A stretch of 32,000 bases of DNA from Candidatus Methylomirabilis oxygeniifera (GCA_000091165.1 FP565575.1:1320001-1352000); one strand, 5' to 3'; counted from the stretch's first letter, positions 20,710 through 28,414 are shown. The notes: a model not told the origin generated them from the letters alone. Numbers and translations are program-made.

Positions 20710-20739
20710 GTAGGTCGGGTTAGCGCAGCGTAACCCGAC
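20710..20739. repeat. REP-like hairpin, left copy
   Basis: gtaggtcgggttagcgcagcgtaacccgac, with a 9-bp stem gtcgggtta/taacccgac. The reverse complement of 20923-20952 differs at one position. Confidence 0.75.
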
Positions 20740-20793
20740 AATCCGGTTCCATCATTCCTACCCCACCCCCTCGAAACCCATCGCACCCTGTCC

Positions 20794-20925
20794 TCATTCC
20801 GCTGGATACACCCCCACCTCAACATAACGGCGAAAGCTGGAGTACGGCCGCTCTATCGCCGATGATACAAGCCCGTGTTTGACCGGGTTGAAATGCATGC
20901 ACGCGGGTATCGCATGTGCTTCGTC
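20794..20925 (-). pseudogene. C-terminal remnant (~42 codons) of a REP-associated tyrosine transposase (RAYT / IS200-like Y1 family)
   Basis: My own translation of the minus strand gives ..PDEAHAIPACMHFNPVKHGLVSSAIERPYSSFRRYVEVGVYPAE*. (I)HxNPVKHGLV....PYSSF.RYV..G.Y is the conserved RAYT C-terminus. The catalytic N-terminal part is absent, and an in-frame stop lies upstream. Confidence 0.55.
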
Positions 20926-20952
20926 GGGTTACGCTACGCTAACCCGACCTAC
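20923..20952. repeat. REP-like hairpin, right copy (inverted); overlaps the mqnE stop codon
   Basis: gtcgggttacgctacgctaacccgacctac. The mqnE TAG (20949-20951) lies inside it. Confidence 0.75.
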
Positions 20953-22085
20953 TCGACTCTCCCAGAAGCGGCAAGAGGAATGGGGGTAACGGGGTTGTAG
21001 AGCGCGTCGCGTTCGACTGGCTGTCGGCCGGTCTCGCGGATCATGGCAAGGAGCTGGTCATGGCGGAGTTCCTGATGGTGGGAGTTGTCGCCCAGGGCGT
21101 GCGTAATCTCGTAATGCGTGACGGTCCCATCGAGGTCGTCGGCCCCATACCAGAGCGCGAGCTGCGCCACCGCCGGCGTCGTCATGATCCAGAAGGCCTT
21201 CACGTGAGGAATATTATTAAGGAGCAGCCGGGCGATCGCGATCTCGCGCAGGTTGGCATACCCGGTCGTGATCGGCAGATGGCTCAGCTCGGTGCCGGTC
21301 GGATCGAATGCCAGCGGGACGAAACACATGAAGCCGCCCGTTTCATCCTGCAGCTCGCGAATATGGAGTAGGTGCGTGACCTTTTCTTCCACCGTCTCGA
21401 TGTGGCCGTAAAGCATCGTCACATTCGAGCGTATACCGGCCCGGTGAACAGACCTGGCCACGTCGAACCATTCCTCATTATCCAGCTTGGCCCTGAACAG
21501 TTCTTCGTGGACACGGTCGCTGAATACCTCCGCTCCGCCGCCAGGACAACAATCGAGTCCAGCCGCCTTCAGGTCGGCCAGCACCTCTTCCATCGGCTTA
21601 TTGGCCATTCGCCGGATCTGCGCCAACTCGATCATCGTAAAGGCCTTGACCTGGACGCCTGGCCTGACATCCTTCACGGCTCGAATGAGGTCCAGATAGT
21701 ATTGGTATGGCAGCTTCGGGTTGATCCCGGCCACAATGTGGATCTCACGAATGGGAACCCCGTCATGCTTACGGATCTGATCCTGGATATCCTGCATGCT
21801 CAGCACATACCCTCGTGAGTCGCCGGCCGGGGCGTAAAACGAGCAAAACTTGCACCCTTTATTGCAGATGTTTGTATAGTTGATGTGCAAATTGCGGACG
21901 AAATAGGTCAGATTATCATTCAGGCGTTCGCGGACCAGGTTCGCGAGGAATGCCACCGAGGTCAGGTCACGCGTCTGATAGAGCGCCAGTCCGTCACAAA
22001 AGTCCAGACGAACGCCATCCAGGATCTTCTGATAGATCTTCTCCAGCCCTGAAGCCGTCAGCCTGGACTCCATCAGGCGGCTCAT
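20949..22085 (-). CDS. mqnE: radical-SAM aminodeoxyfutalosine synthase (futalosine menaquinone pathway)
   Basis: HINYTNIC..GC.FCSF cluster motif, IVAGINP, KAFTMIE, TMLYGHIE, GGFMCFVPLAF. The KAFT / PLAF pattern fits MqnE, from memory of family consensus. Confidence 0.7.
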   Translation of the reverse strand: MSRLMESRLTASGLEKIYQKILDGVRLDFCDGLALYQTRDLTSVAFLANLVRERLNDNLTYFVRNLHINYTNICNKGCKFCSFYAPAGDSRGYVLSMQDIQDQIRKHDGVPIREIHIVAGINPKLPYQYYLDLIRAVKDVRPGVQVKAFTMIELAQIRRMANKPMEEVLADLKAAGLDCCPGGGAEVFSDRVHEELFRAKLDNEEWFDVARSVHRAGIRSNVTMLYGHIETVEEKVTHLLHIRELQDETGGFMCFVPLAFDPTGTELSHLPITTGYANLREIAIARLLLNNIPHVKAFWIMTTPAVAQLALWYGADDLDGTVTHYEITHALGDNSHHQELRHDQLLAMIRETGRQPVERDALYNPVTPIPLAASGRVE

Positions 22086-22417
22086 TGGTTCCGTTTTCCT
22101 CCGGATCCTATGTCCTGACTTTCCCGTTGACTACCCAGCCGATCGATCTCCTGGAGGATGGCGATGGCTTTCAGTTCATAGTCGTGACGGGCCTGCTCAT
22201 AGTCTTCGAGGCTGAGCTTCCCGGCCTGGTGATCAAACTCAAGCTCCTTGATCGCGGCGTATGCCGTCTGCTTTTCGGCCAGGAGTTCCTGCAATGCGGT
22301 CTGCTCCAACCCCGGTGGTGATTCCTCAGACGATCTGAAGAATGGAATGAGCACCGGTAAGAGGGCGAGAAAAACAAGTAGGATGATAATCAGGATGAGC
22401 ATCGTGACCACGTTCAA
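22082..22417 (-). CDS. small single-TM protein resembling the N-terminal (non-TPR) part of CcmI
   Basis: N-terminal TM, then LQELLAEK....IKELEFDHQAGKLSLEDYEQAR...., like the CcmI N-domain pattern. It is the last gene of the ccm cluster. Start uncertain (TTG 22417 or ATG 22402). Its stop overlaps the mqnE ATG. Confidence 0.45.
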   Translation of the reverse strand: MNVVTMLILIIILLVFLALLPVLIPFFRSSEESPPGLEQTALQELLAEKQTAYAAIKELEFDHQAGKLSLEDYEQARHDYELKAIAILQEIDRLGSQRESQDIGSGGKRNQ

Positions 22418-22466
22418 GGTTCAAGGCCCAAAGTTCAACGTTGCACGTTGCACATTGAACCTTCTA
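22411..22466. repeat. eight phased heptamers, unit NgttNaa
   Basis: cgttcaa|ggttcaa|ggcccaa|agttcaa|cgttgca|cgttgca|cattgaa|ccttcta. This fills the ccmH to ccmI-like spacer. Confidence 0.7.
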
Positions 22467-22472
22467 CACTCG

Positions 22473-22961
22473 TCAGCGTTCCCAGTCCTTGAGTTCTGCG
22501 TCGAGTTGGCCGGCATACCGTGGGTCGGCGGAGCCTGACTGTTTCGCGTTCGACCTCTGGCCTCTCCTGATCGAGCGCCGGATCGTGACAACGATAATCC
22601 CACCTCCCCCCAGGATGGCGACGAACGGTAGCAGCCACGCGACCCAGTTAAATCCCTGGCGCGTGGGCGAGAGCAGCACCCACTCGCCATACCGGCTGAC
22701 GAAGTAGGTTCGGATCTGCTCCGGACTTTCACCGTTTTTCAGCTTCTCGTGGATCAGCTCGCGCATCTGCGTGGCCATCTCTGAGGGCGAGTCGGCTACC
22801 GAAAGGTTCTGACACACCGGACAACGCAGCTCGGCGGCCAACCGAAGTGTCTGCTCCTCCAGGCTGCCCGCGAGCGCCGCAGAGACCCACGCCCCGAGCA
22901 CGATCGTCAGCAGCAGGTATACCGTCGCTAAGCACCGCTTCCTATTATCCACGTTCCGCAT
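22473..22961 (-). CDS. ccmH: cytochrome c-type biogenesis protein CcmH (NrfF-like)
   Basis: LRCPVCQNLSVADS motif, signal peptide, C-terminal TM. The ATG at 22959-22961 with GAGGG upstream is preferred to the GTG at 22973. Confidence 0.85.
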   Translation of the reverse strand: MRNVDNRKRCLATVYLLLTIVLGAWVSAALAGSLEEQTLRLAAELRCPVCQNLSVADSPSEMATQMRELIHEKLKNGESPEQIRTYFVSRYGEWVLLSPTRQGFNWVAWLLPFVAILGGGGIIVVTIRRSIRRGQRSNAKQSGSADPRYAGQLDAELKDWER

Positions 22962-23003
22962 GTGCACCCTCACACCCTACCCCCTAAACCCTATACCCTA
23001 TCC
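22962..23003. repeat. six phased heptamers, unit cctaNNc (minus strand tagggtN)
   Basis: gtgcacc|ctcacac|cctaccc|cctaaac|cctatac|cctatcc. This is the entire ccmG-ccmH spacer. Confidence 0.7.
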
Positions 23004-23004
23004 T

Positions 23005-23523
23005 TCACAGCATCTCCTCGACCTTCGCCTTGAGTATTTTTGCGTCGAGCGCTCCGACGTGCTTATAATGAATCGTGCCGTCCCGTTTAATGAAAAAGGT
23101 CTCCGGCACACCATAGACGCCATAGTCAATCGTGATCTTGCCCTGAGGGTCGGGACCGTTTGGAAAGCTGAGCTTGAACTTGTCAATAAACGCCTTCGCG
23201 TCGGCATCACGATCCTGTATATCGACCCCGATCACTATCAGCCCTCGATCCCGATAGGTTTGCCAGGCGGCCTCCAGGTGCGGCGCCTCCTCGTAACATG
23301 CCGGGAAACACCACGAGGCCCAGAAGTTCAGGACCACTGGCTTTCCGCGGAGCTGCTCCAGGCTATTGCCGCTCCCGTCAAACATGGTCAGGGCAAACGG
23401 AGGCGCCTGGTGCCCCACCAGCGGTGACGGCACCTCCCTCGGGTTGGTTTTAAAGCCGTAGGCCAGAAGCAGGAGGATCGGGATAATGCTGAGGAGCAGG
23501 CTTAGCTTCTTCCAGGTTGCCAT
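23005..23523 (-). CDS. ccmG: thiol:disulfide oxidoreductase CcmG/DsbE (TlpA-like thioredoxin fold)
   Basis: Membrane anchor MATWKKLSLLLSIIPILLLL, GKPVVLNFWASWC..., YGVYGVPETFFI. The ATG at 23521-23523 is preferred, because the upstream part of the ORF overlaps the ccmF 3' end. Confidence 0.8.
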   Translation of the reverse strand: MATWKKLSLLLSIIPILLLLAYGFKTNPREVPSPLVGHQAPPFALTMFDGSGNSLEQLRGKPVVLNFWASWCFPACYEEAPHLEAAWQTYRDRGLIVIGVDIQDRDADAKAFIDKFKLSFPNGPDPQGKITIDYGVYGVPETFFIKRDGTIHYKHVGALDAKILKAKVEEML

Positions 23524-25502
23524 GCCACATACTCCTCCGCTACATCGGCAGCAACAGCCCGTCGTCGGTCCGGCCAGATTGCGATCAGCGAACCAATGAC
23601 CATCACCCAGCCGCCGATCCAGATCCACATCACCAGCGGGCGAACCAGCGCTTTCACGGTGGCGGAGGTTCCATCCTTCGCAAACGATGAGAGGACCAGA
23701 TAGAGATCCTCCCGCATAGTTGAGCGAACATCAACGGTCCCGATCGGCTGCTGCTCGGCAGGGTAGAACCGCTTGGCTGGCCGCATCTCGGCAACCTTCT
23801 GGTTCGAGTTGAAGATGGTAAAGTTCCCCTGCACCACGAAGCGGTGCGGCTCTTGCCAAGCGCTGAGCTCGTCAAATCGCACCTGATACCGACCAAGCTG
23901 AAGCGACTCACCCGGCTTCAGCGTGATCTCCTGCTCCAGTTTAAAGACCGATGAGGCGGTGATGCCGATGATGAGGAACGCAACCCCAAGGTGGACGATA
24001 AGACCGCCATAGCGCCGCCGTCCACGGCTGGTCAGTTTCGATAGGGCGGTCAGATACCCTTCCCCGGTGTTCCGGCGTCGTACCCTGGCGCCACGGGCAA
24101 ACTCCTGAACAACTGTAATCACGGTAAACAGGCTGAGGCCGAAGGCCAGCAGCGGATATAACCCACGCGCCCCAAGGAACCAGCAGATGCCTGTGCCCAC
24201 GATGCTGAGATACAAGGGGCCGGCAAAGGTGCGGCGCAGGCTCTCAGCCGAGGCATGTCGCCAGGCGATCAGCGGCCCAACGGCCATCAGGAAGATCAGA
24301 CCCAGGCCGATGGGAACGTTCACCGTATTGAAAAACGGCTCGCCCACGCTCACCTTGACCCCGCGAACCGCCTCAGACAGAAGAGGAAACAGTGTGCCGA
24401 GAAGGACCGCAAACGCAAACCCAAGGAGCAGCAGATTGTTTACCAGGAATGCGCTCTCTCTGGATACCAATGAGTCAAGTTCGCCCTCCGCCTGTAATCT
24501 GTCGCTCCGATAGATAAGGAGGCCGAATGAGAGAAACAGGATCACGCCGATGAAGACCAGGAATAGCGGCCCGACCGCCGAATCGGAGAACGCGTGAACG
24601 GAAGACAGGATGCCGCTTCGCGTCAGAAAGGTACCGAAGATCGTCAGTGCAAAGGTGATGATGACCAGCGCCACATTCCAGAACTTCAGCATCTTGCGTC
24701 GTTCCTGGATCATAATCGTATGGAGAAATGCGGTGCCGGTCAGCCATGGCAGCAGCGAGGCGTTCTCTACCGGGTCCCACGCCCAGTAGCCGCCCCACCC
24801 CAGCACCTCGTAGGACCACCGTCCACCAACGATGATGCCGACCGTCAGAAAACCCCAGGACGCGATCGACCAGCGGCGTACGGTTCTGATCCAGGTCTCA
24901 CCGAGCCGACCGGTGATCAGCGCGGCCATGCCGAAGGCATACGGAATCGACCAGCCGACATAGCCAGCATACAGGCCTGGCGGATGAACAGCCATCAGCG
25001 GATGGTTTTGCAGAAGCGGATTCGGCCCGCGTCCGTCAGGCGGAACCGGAGATATCGTGGTAAAGGGACTCGCCGGAAAGACAACCAGAAAGAGGAAAAA
25101 CGCCGAGATGCACAACAAGACCGTGGTGACATACGGGATTAACTCACGCTGCCGCTTCCTCTCGAATATCACCGTGAGTAAGGTCATCAAGGCCAGCAGC
25201 CAGACCCAGAGCAGGATTGAGCCCTCGAGCGCCCCCCACAGCGCGATAATGGTATAGAACAGCGGCGTATCGAGGCTGCCATTCCTGGCCACGTACTCAA
25301 GGCTGAAGTCATGGCCGACCAGCCCGGCCTCCATCAGCAGCACCGCGAAACTACTCAGGCCGAAGATCGAGACGACCGCCCCCTGTCCGCTCTCGATGAG
25401 AGCCGGCCGACACCGCCTCGCTCCAAAGAAGGACGCGAATGCGCCGTAAATGGCGACGGCGAGCGCCAACCATAGACTGAACCGGCCAAGCGTCGCGATC
25501 AT
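23502..25502 (-). CDS. ccmF: cytochrome c heme lyase subunit CcmF
   Basis: WGGYWAWDPVEN tryptophan-rich motif; polytopic. The ATG at 25500-25502 overlaps the ccmE stop (TAATG). Confidence 0.9.
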   Translation of the reverse strand: MIATLGRFSLWLALAVAIYGAFASFFGARRCRPALIESGQGAVVSIFGLSSFAVLLMEAGLVGHDFSLEYVARNGSLDTPLFYTIIALWGALEGSILLWVWLLALMTLLTVIFERKRQRELIPYVTTVLLCISAFFLFLVVFPASPFTTISPVPPDGRGPNPLLQNHPLMAVHPPGLYAGYVGWSIPYAFGMAALITGRLGETWIRTVRRWSIASWGFLTVGIIVGGRWSYEVLGWGGYWAWDPVENASLLPWLTGTAFLHTIMIQERRKMLKFWNVALVIITFALTIFGTFLTRSGILSSVHAFSDSAVGPLFLVFIGVILFLSFGLLIYRSDRLQAEGELDSLVSRESAFLVNNLLLLGFAFAVLLGTLFPLLSEAVRGVKVSVGEPFFNTVNVPIGLGLIFLMAVGPLIAWRHASAESLRRTFAGPLYLSIVGTGICWFLGARGLYPLLAFGLSLFTVITVVQEFARGARVRRRNTGEGYLTALSKLTSRGRRRYGGLIVHLGVAFLIIGITASSVFKLEQEITLKPGESLQLGRYQVRFDELSAWQEPHRFVVQGNFTIFNSNQKVAEMRPAKRFYPAEQQPIGTVDVRSTMREDLYLVLSSFAKDGTSATVKALVRPLVMWIWIGGWVMVIGSLIAIWPDRRRAVAADVAEEYVAWQPGRS

Positions 25503-25951
25503 TACGGTGTGCTCTGCGGTTGAACCAGTGTTCGGTGGATATGCTCGGCGGGGGCTCCCCCTTTTTCCGGGGACTTGTACTCCTCGGAATGCTTGGCCAT
25601 AATCATACTTGACTGAAACGCACCGCCGTCCACGCACCTCCCCTCGACCACCGCGCCGGCGCCCTCTTTAAAGAGGTCAGGCGGAGAGCCTGTGTGTTCG
25701 ACCGCCACCTCTTCCTTCCCGTCGGTCAGACGGAACGTCAGTTTCAGCGTCTGTGGCTCCCAGTGGAGCGATCCCGGCACCACCATCCCGCCTACGCGCA
25801 ATGATCGATCCGAGACCGCATCGCCTTTCGCCTTCAACTCAGACGGTGTCATGTAATAGACGGCAGCCTCCCGGATCCCGCTGTTGATCAAGTATGCGAG
25901 GGCCGCCACTATGAGACCTCCGCCCACCAGTAGTTTGGTTTTCTTCGTCAT
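25502..25951 (-). CDS. ccmE: heme chaperone CcmE
   Basis: N-terminal anchor, OB-fold region (LRVGGMVVPGS), and the heme-binding AKH.EEY..PE motif with its histidine. Confidence 0.9.
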   Translation of the reverse strand: MTKKTKLLVGGGLIVAALAYLINSGIREAAVYYMTPSELKAKGDAVSDRSLRVGGMVVPGSLHWEPQTLKLTFRLTDGKEEVAVEHTGSPPDLFKEGAGAVVEGRCVDGGAFQSSMIMAKHSEEYKSPEKGGAPAEHIHRTLVQPQSTP

Positions 25952-26094
25952 CCTATCGTATCCTTCCGTTGCCGCTTAAGCGCGTCACTCTGAACGCCCA
26001 CCGCCCTCTTCCGCCAGTGAAGCGATACGAGATAGACGAGGACGCTCGCAGCGGTCAGTAGATACCCGGCCAGAACATAGGACCATGGATTCAC
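25948..26094 (-). CDS. ccmD: heme exporter protein CcmD (48 aa)
   Basis: Only the last 48 codons of ORF 25948..26481 are used. The GTG at 26092-26094 overlaps the ccmC stop (GTGA). It has a single TM (WSYVLAGYLLTAASVLVYLV) followed by a basic tail. Its stop overlaps the ccmE ATG (ATGA). Confidence 0.55.
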   Translation of the reverse strand: MNPWSYVLAGYLLTAASVLVYLVSLHWRKRAVGVQSDALKRQRKDTIG

Positions 26095-26789
26095 CCCAGT
26101 AATTCCATTTGCAGCCTGAGCAGCTCTGCCCTCGCGCTCTCGATCTGCAGTCGCTTGATCAGGAGATATGCGTACAGCAGGCCGAACGCGACGAGGTTCG
26201 CATACAACGCCACCTGCATGTCCAGGGCCACGGTTGACGGCCCAGGCTTCAGCATCGACGCGGGCTGGTGCAGGGTCCGCCACCACACGACCGACATATG
26301 GATGATCGGAATATCGAGAAAGCCGATGATTCCAAGGACTGCGCCGAAGGTCGCCCCTCGCAACGGATCTTCCACCAGTACTCGAAGCATCAGATAGCCG
26401 AGGAACATCAACAGCAGGATGGCGGTCGTAGTCAGCCGCGCGTCCCACGTCCACCAGACCCCCCAGGTCGGTCGCCCCCATATCGAGCCCACCGCAATAG
26501 CCAAAGCGGTAAAGAGCACTCCGATCTCAACGGATGAGTGCGCGATGGCGTCATACTGTCGGTCGCGGCGCCACAGATACAGGATACTCGCAACGAATAC
26601 GACAAAAAAGGCCAGGTAGCTGATAAGGATCAATGGAACGTGCAAGTACATCAGCCGCTGTACCTCTCCCTGCACCGCATCAGCCGGCGCATAAACGAAC
26701 GCAATGTAGAGCCCGACCACGAGGCCAATGACTGTGAGGATGCCCACTGCCCGCTCACAACTCCGTCCGATCATCCCACCTTGCACCAT
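26091..26789 (-). CDS. ccmC: heme exporter protein CcmC
   Basis: WGRPTWGVWWTWDARLT tryptophan-rich motif; six TM segments. Confidence 0.9.
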   Translation of the reverse strand: MVQGGMIGRSCERAVGILTVIGLVVGLYIAFVYAPADAVQGEVQRLMYLHVPLILISYLAFFVVFVASILYLWRRDRQYDAIAHSSVEIGVLFTALAIAVGSIWGRPTWGVWWTWDARLTTTAILLLMFLGYLMLRVLVEDPLRGATFGAVLGIIGFLDIPIIHMSVVWWRTLHQPASMLKPGPSTVALDMQVALYANLVAFGLLYAYLLIKRLQIESARAELLRLQMELLG

Positions 26790-26794
26790 TCCTA

Positions 26795-27472
26795 TTATTC
26801 CTCAACCAGCAGCTCAAATGTCAACAACGACCCCACAAGAAACAGCAGATCAAATGCGGCCATCAGCTTGAGCCAGGGCATGGCGAGTTCGAATGCCTCG
26901 CGTCGTAGGACGACCTCTGTCCCTTTGACAGCAGCCAAAATCAAGGGGATCGTCATAGGAAACAAAAGGAACGGCAGCATGGCCTCCCGCGCCCTCAGAC
27001 CTACCGTCATGGTAGACAACAGCGTTCCGGCTGTTGCGAATCCGAGCGTCGCCGGTATGGTGATCAGCAGGAGTTTGGGGAGTTGCGACCAGATGTCCAT
27101 GTTGTACAGCACTGCGAAGATGGGAAAACTGATCAGTTCTACCAGGAGGATGATACTGAAGCTGCCGCATAGTTTCCCAAGAAAAATCGCTTCCCGCTCG
27201 GCCGGATACAGGAGCAGGCCGTCCAGACAGTCGTTCGCCAGTTCACCCTGAACCGATCGAGCCAGGCCAAGAACGCTTGTAAAGGCAAAGGCCAACCATA
27301 ACAGGCCGGATGCAGCCCCCCGAATCAGCGTCTGATCTCCGCCTAGCGCAAAGTTGAAGAGGAATAAGACGAGGAACGCGAAAAAACACATGGCGGTGAG
27401 GCTTTCCCGATCGCGCCACTCTGCCACCAGATCCTTCCATGCGATCGCCAGGACCCTTCTGGCAAAGGTCAT
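26795..27472 (-). CDS. ccmB: heme exporter permease CcmB
   Basis: Polytopic ORF 26795..27484. The ATG at 27470-27472 overlaps the ccmA stop (ATGA). Its position between ccmA and ccmC supports the call. Confidence 0.85.
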   Translation of the reverse strand: MTFARRVLAIAWKDLVAEWRDRESLTAMCFFAFLVLFLFNFALGGDQTLIRGAASGLLWLAFAFTSVLGLARSVQGELANDCLDGLLLYPAEREAIFLGKLCGSFSIILLVELISFPIFAVLYNMDIWSQLPKLLLITIPATLGFATAGTLLSTMTVGLRAREAMLPFLLFPMTIPLILAAVKGTEVVLRREAFELAMPWLKLMAAFDLLFLVGSLLTFELLVEE

Positions 27473-28224
27473 TCGCCCCCCCACAACTCCCCTTGAATCG
27501 TAAAAAGGGATCGCAGCGATTCCCGACTTATCTCGTCTCGTCGAGCGTCAAAGACCAATCGGCCCTGCTCCAGGACGGCCATACGATCCGCCACGGCATA
27601 ACCCATGGTTAAGTTATGGGTCGCCAACACTGTGGTAACGCCCGTTGTTTTTGAGGCCATGAGGAATTCTTCCAGCAGCTTTGTCGCCTGGAGGTCAAGA
27701 TTCGTAAACGGCTCGTCGAGCAGCATGACCCTGGGTTCACGGAGCATCAGTTTTGCTAAGGCAAGACGCCGCTTCATCCCGCTGGAAAAGGTCCTGACCT
27801 GACCGTCCGCCGCCGCCTCCAGTCCCACCTTCGCCAGTACCCCGGCCACTCGATCGGCAGGCTGATTCAGCCCCAGCATCGTTGCCGCGAACAGAAGGTT
27901 TTCACGCCCGGTTAAGGTCTCATACAGTTGATGACCATGGGCAAGAACACCGATCACACGCCTGACGCCCTCGCTATGTTTGCCGACCTCGAACCCGGCG
28001 ACCCGCACCGATCCGGCAGTAGGTCGCACCAGTCCGGTCAGAATTCTCAACAGGGTGCTCTTGCCTGCTCCGTTTGGGCCAAACAGAGCCAGGATCTCTC
28101 CCTCTCCAACACACAGGTCAACACCTCGCAGGGCCGGATGCGCCCCATACCACTTCACCAGACCTCTGATCTCGACCGCAGGCACGATCCCAGGGCCTAT
28201 CCCTGCTTCGTCAGCCTTTGTCAT
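27469..28224 (-). CDS. ccmA: heme exporter ATP-binding protein CcmA
   Basis: Walker A GPNGAGKST, ABC signature FSSGMKRR, Walker B MLLDEP. Confidence 0.9.
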   Translation of the reverse strand: MTKADEAGIGPGIVPAVEIRGLVKWYGAHPALRGVDLCVGEGEILALFGPNGAGKSTLLRILTGLVRPTAGSVRVAGFEVGKHSEGVRRVIGVLAHGHQLYETLTGRENLLFAATMLGLNQPADRVAGVLAKVGLEAAADGQVRTFSSGMKRRLALAKLMLREPRVMLLDEPFTNLDLQATKLLEEFLMASKTTGVTTVLATHNLTMGYAVADRMAVLEQGRLVFDARRDEISRESLRSLFTIQGELWGGE

Positions 28225-28414
28225 TCGAGATCACAAGCGGTGAATCCGGCGCGATCGCGAGCCCTGCAATAAGAGGCAGCGCGACCCGCCCGCCCATTCG
28301 CGAAGACGGCGAACATGAGATCAGATAAAGATTCACACCCTATTCTCAAGATTAATTTAGTCTAGCAGAGATCACGGGGAGGAACAACCGAAAAGGGGCC
28401 GAACAAACGTCTGG

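Noticed and set aside
20523-20723. 66-aa plus-strand ORF after higA, and the 119-aa antisense ORF 20208-20567
   Set aside because: No motifs and no RBS. One runs into the REP hairpin, and the other is antisense to the well-supported higA.
25948-26481. 177-aa minus-strand ORF overlapping ccmC
   Set aside because: Most of it is out of frame over the well-supported ccmC. Only the last 48 codons, from the GTG at 26094, make sense, as the single-TM CcmD.
28225-28414. Promoter or terminator calls in the gap between the response regulator and ccmA
   Set aside because: An AT-rich stretch (ctagactaaattaatcttgagaataggg on the minus strand) probably holds the ccm promoter. I could not place a convincing -35/-10 pair or a rho-independent hairpin.
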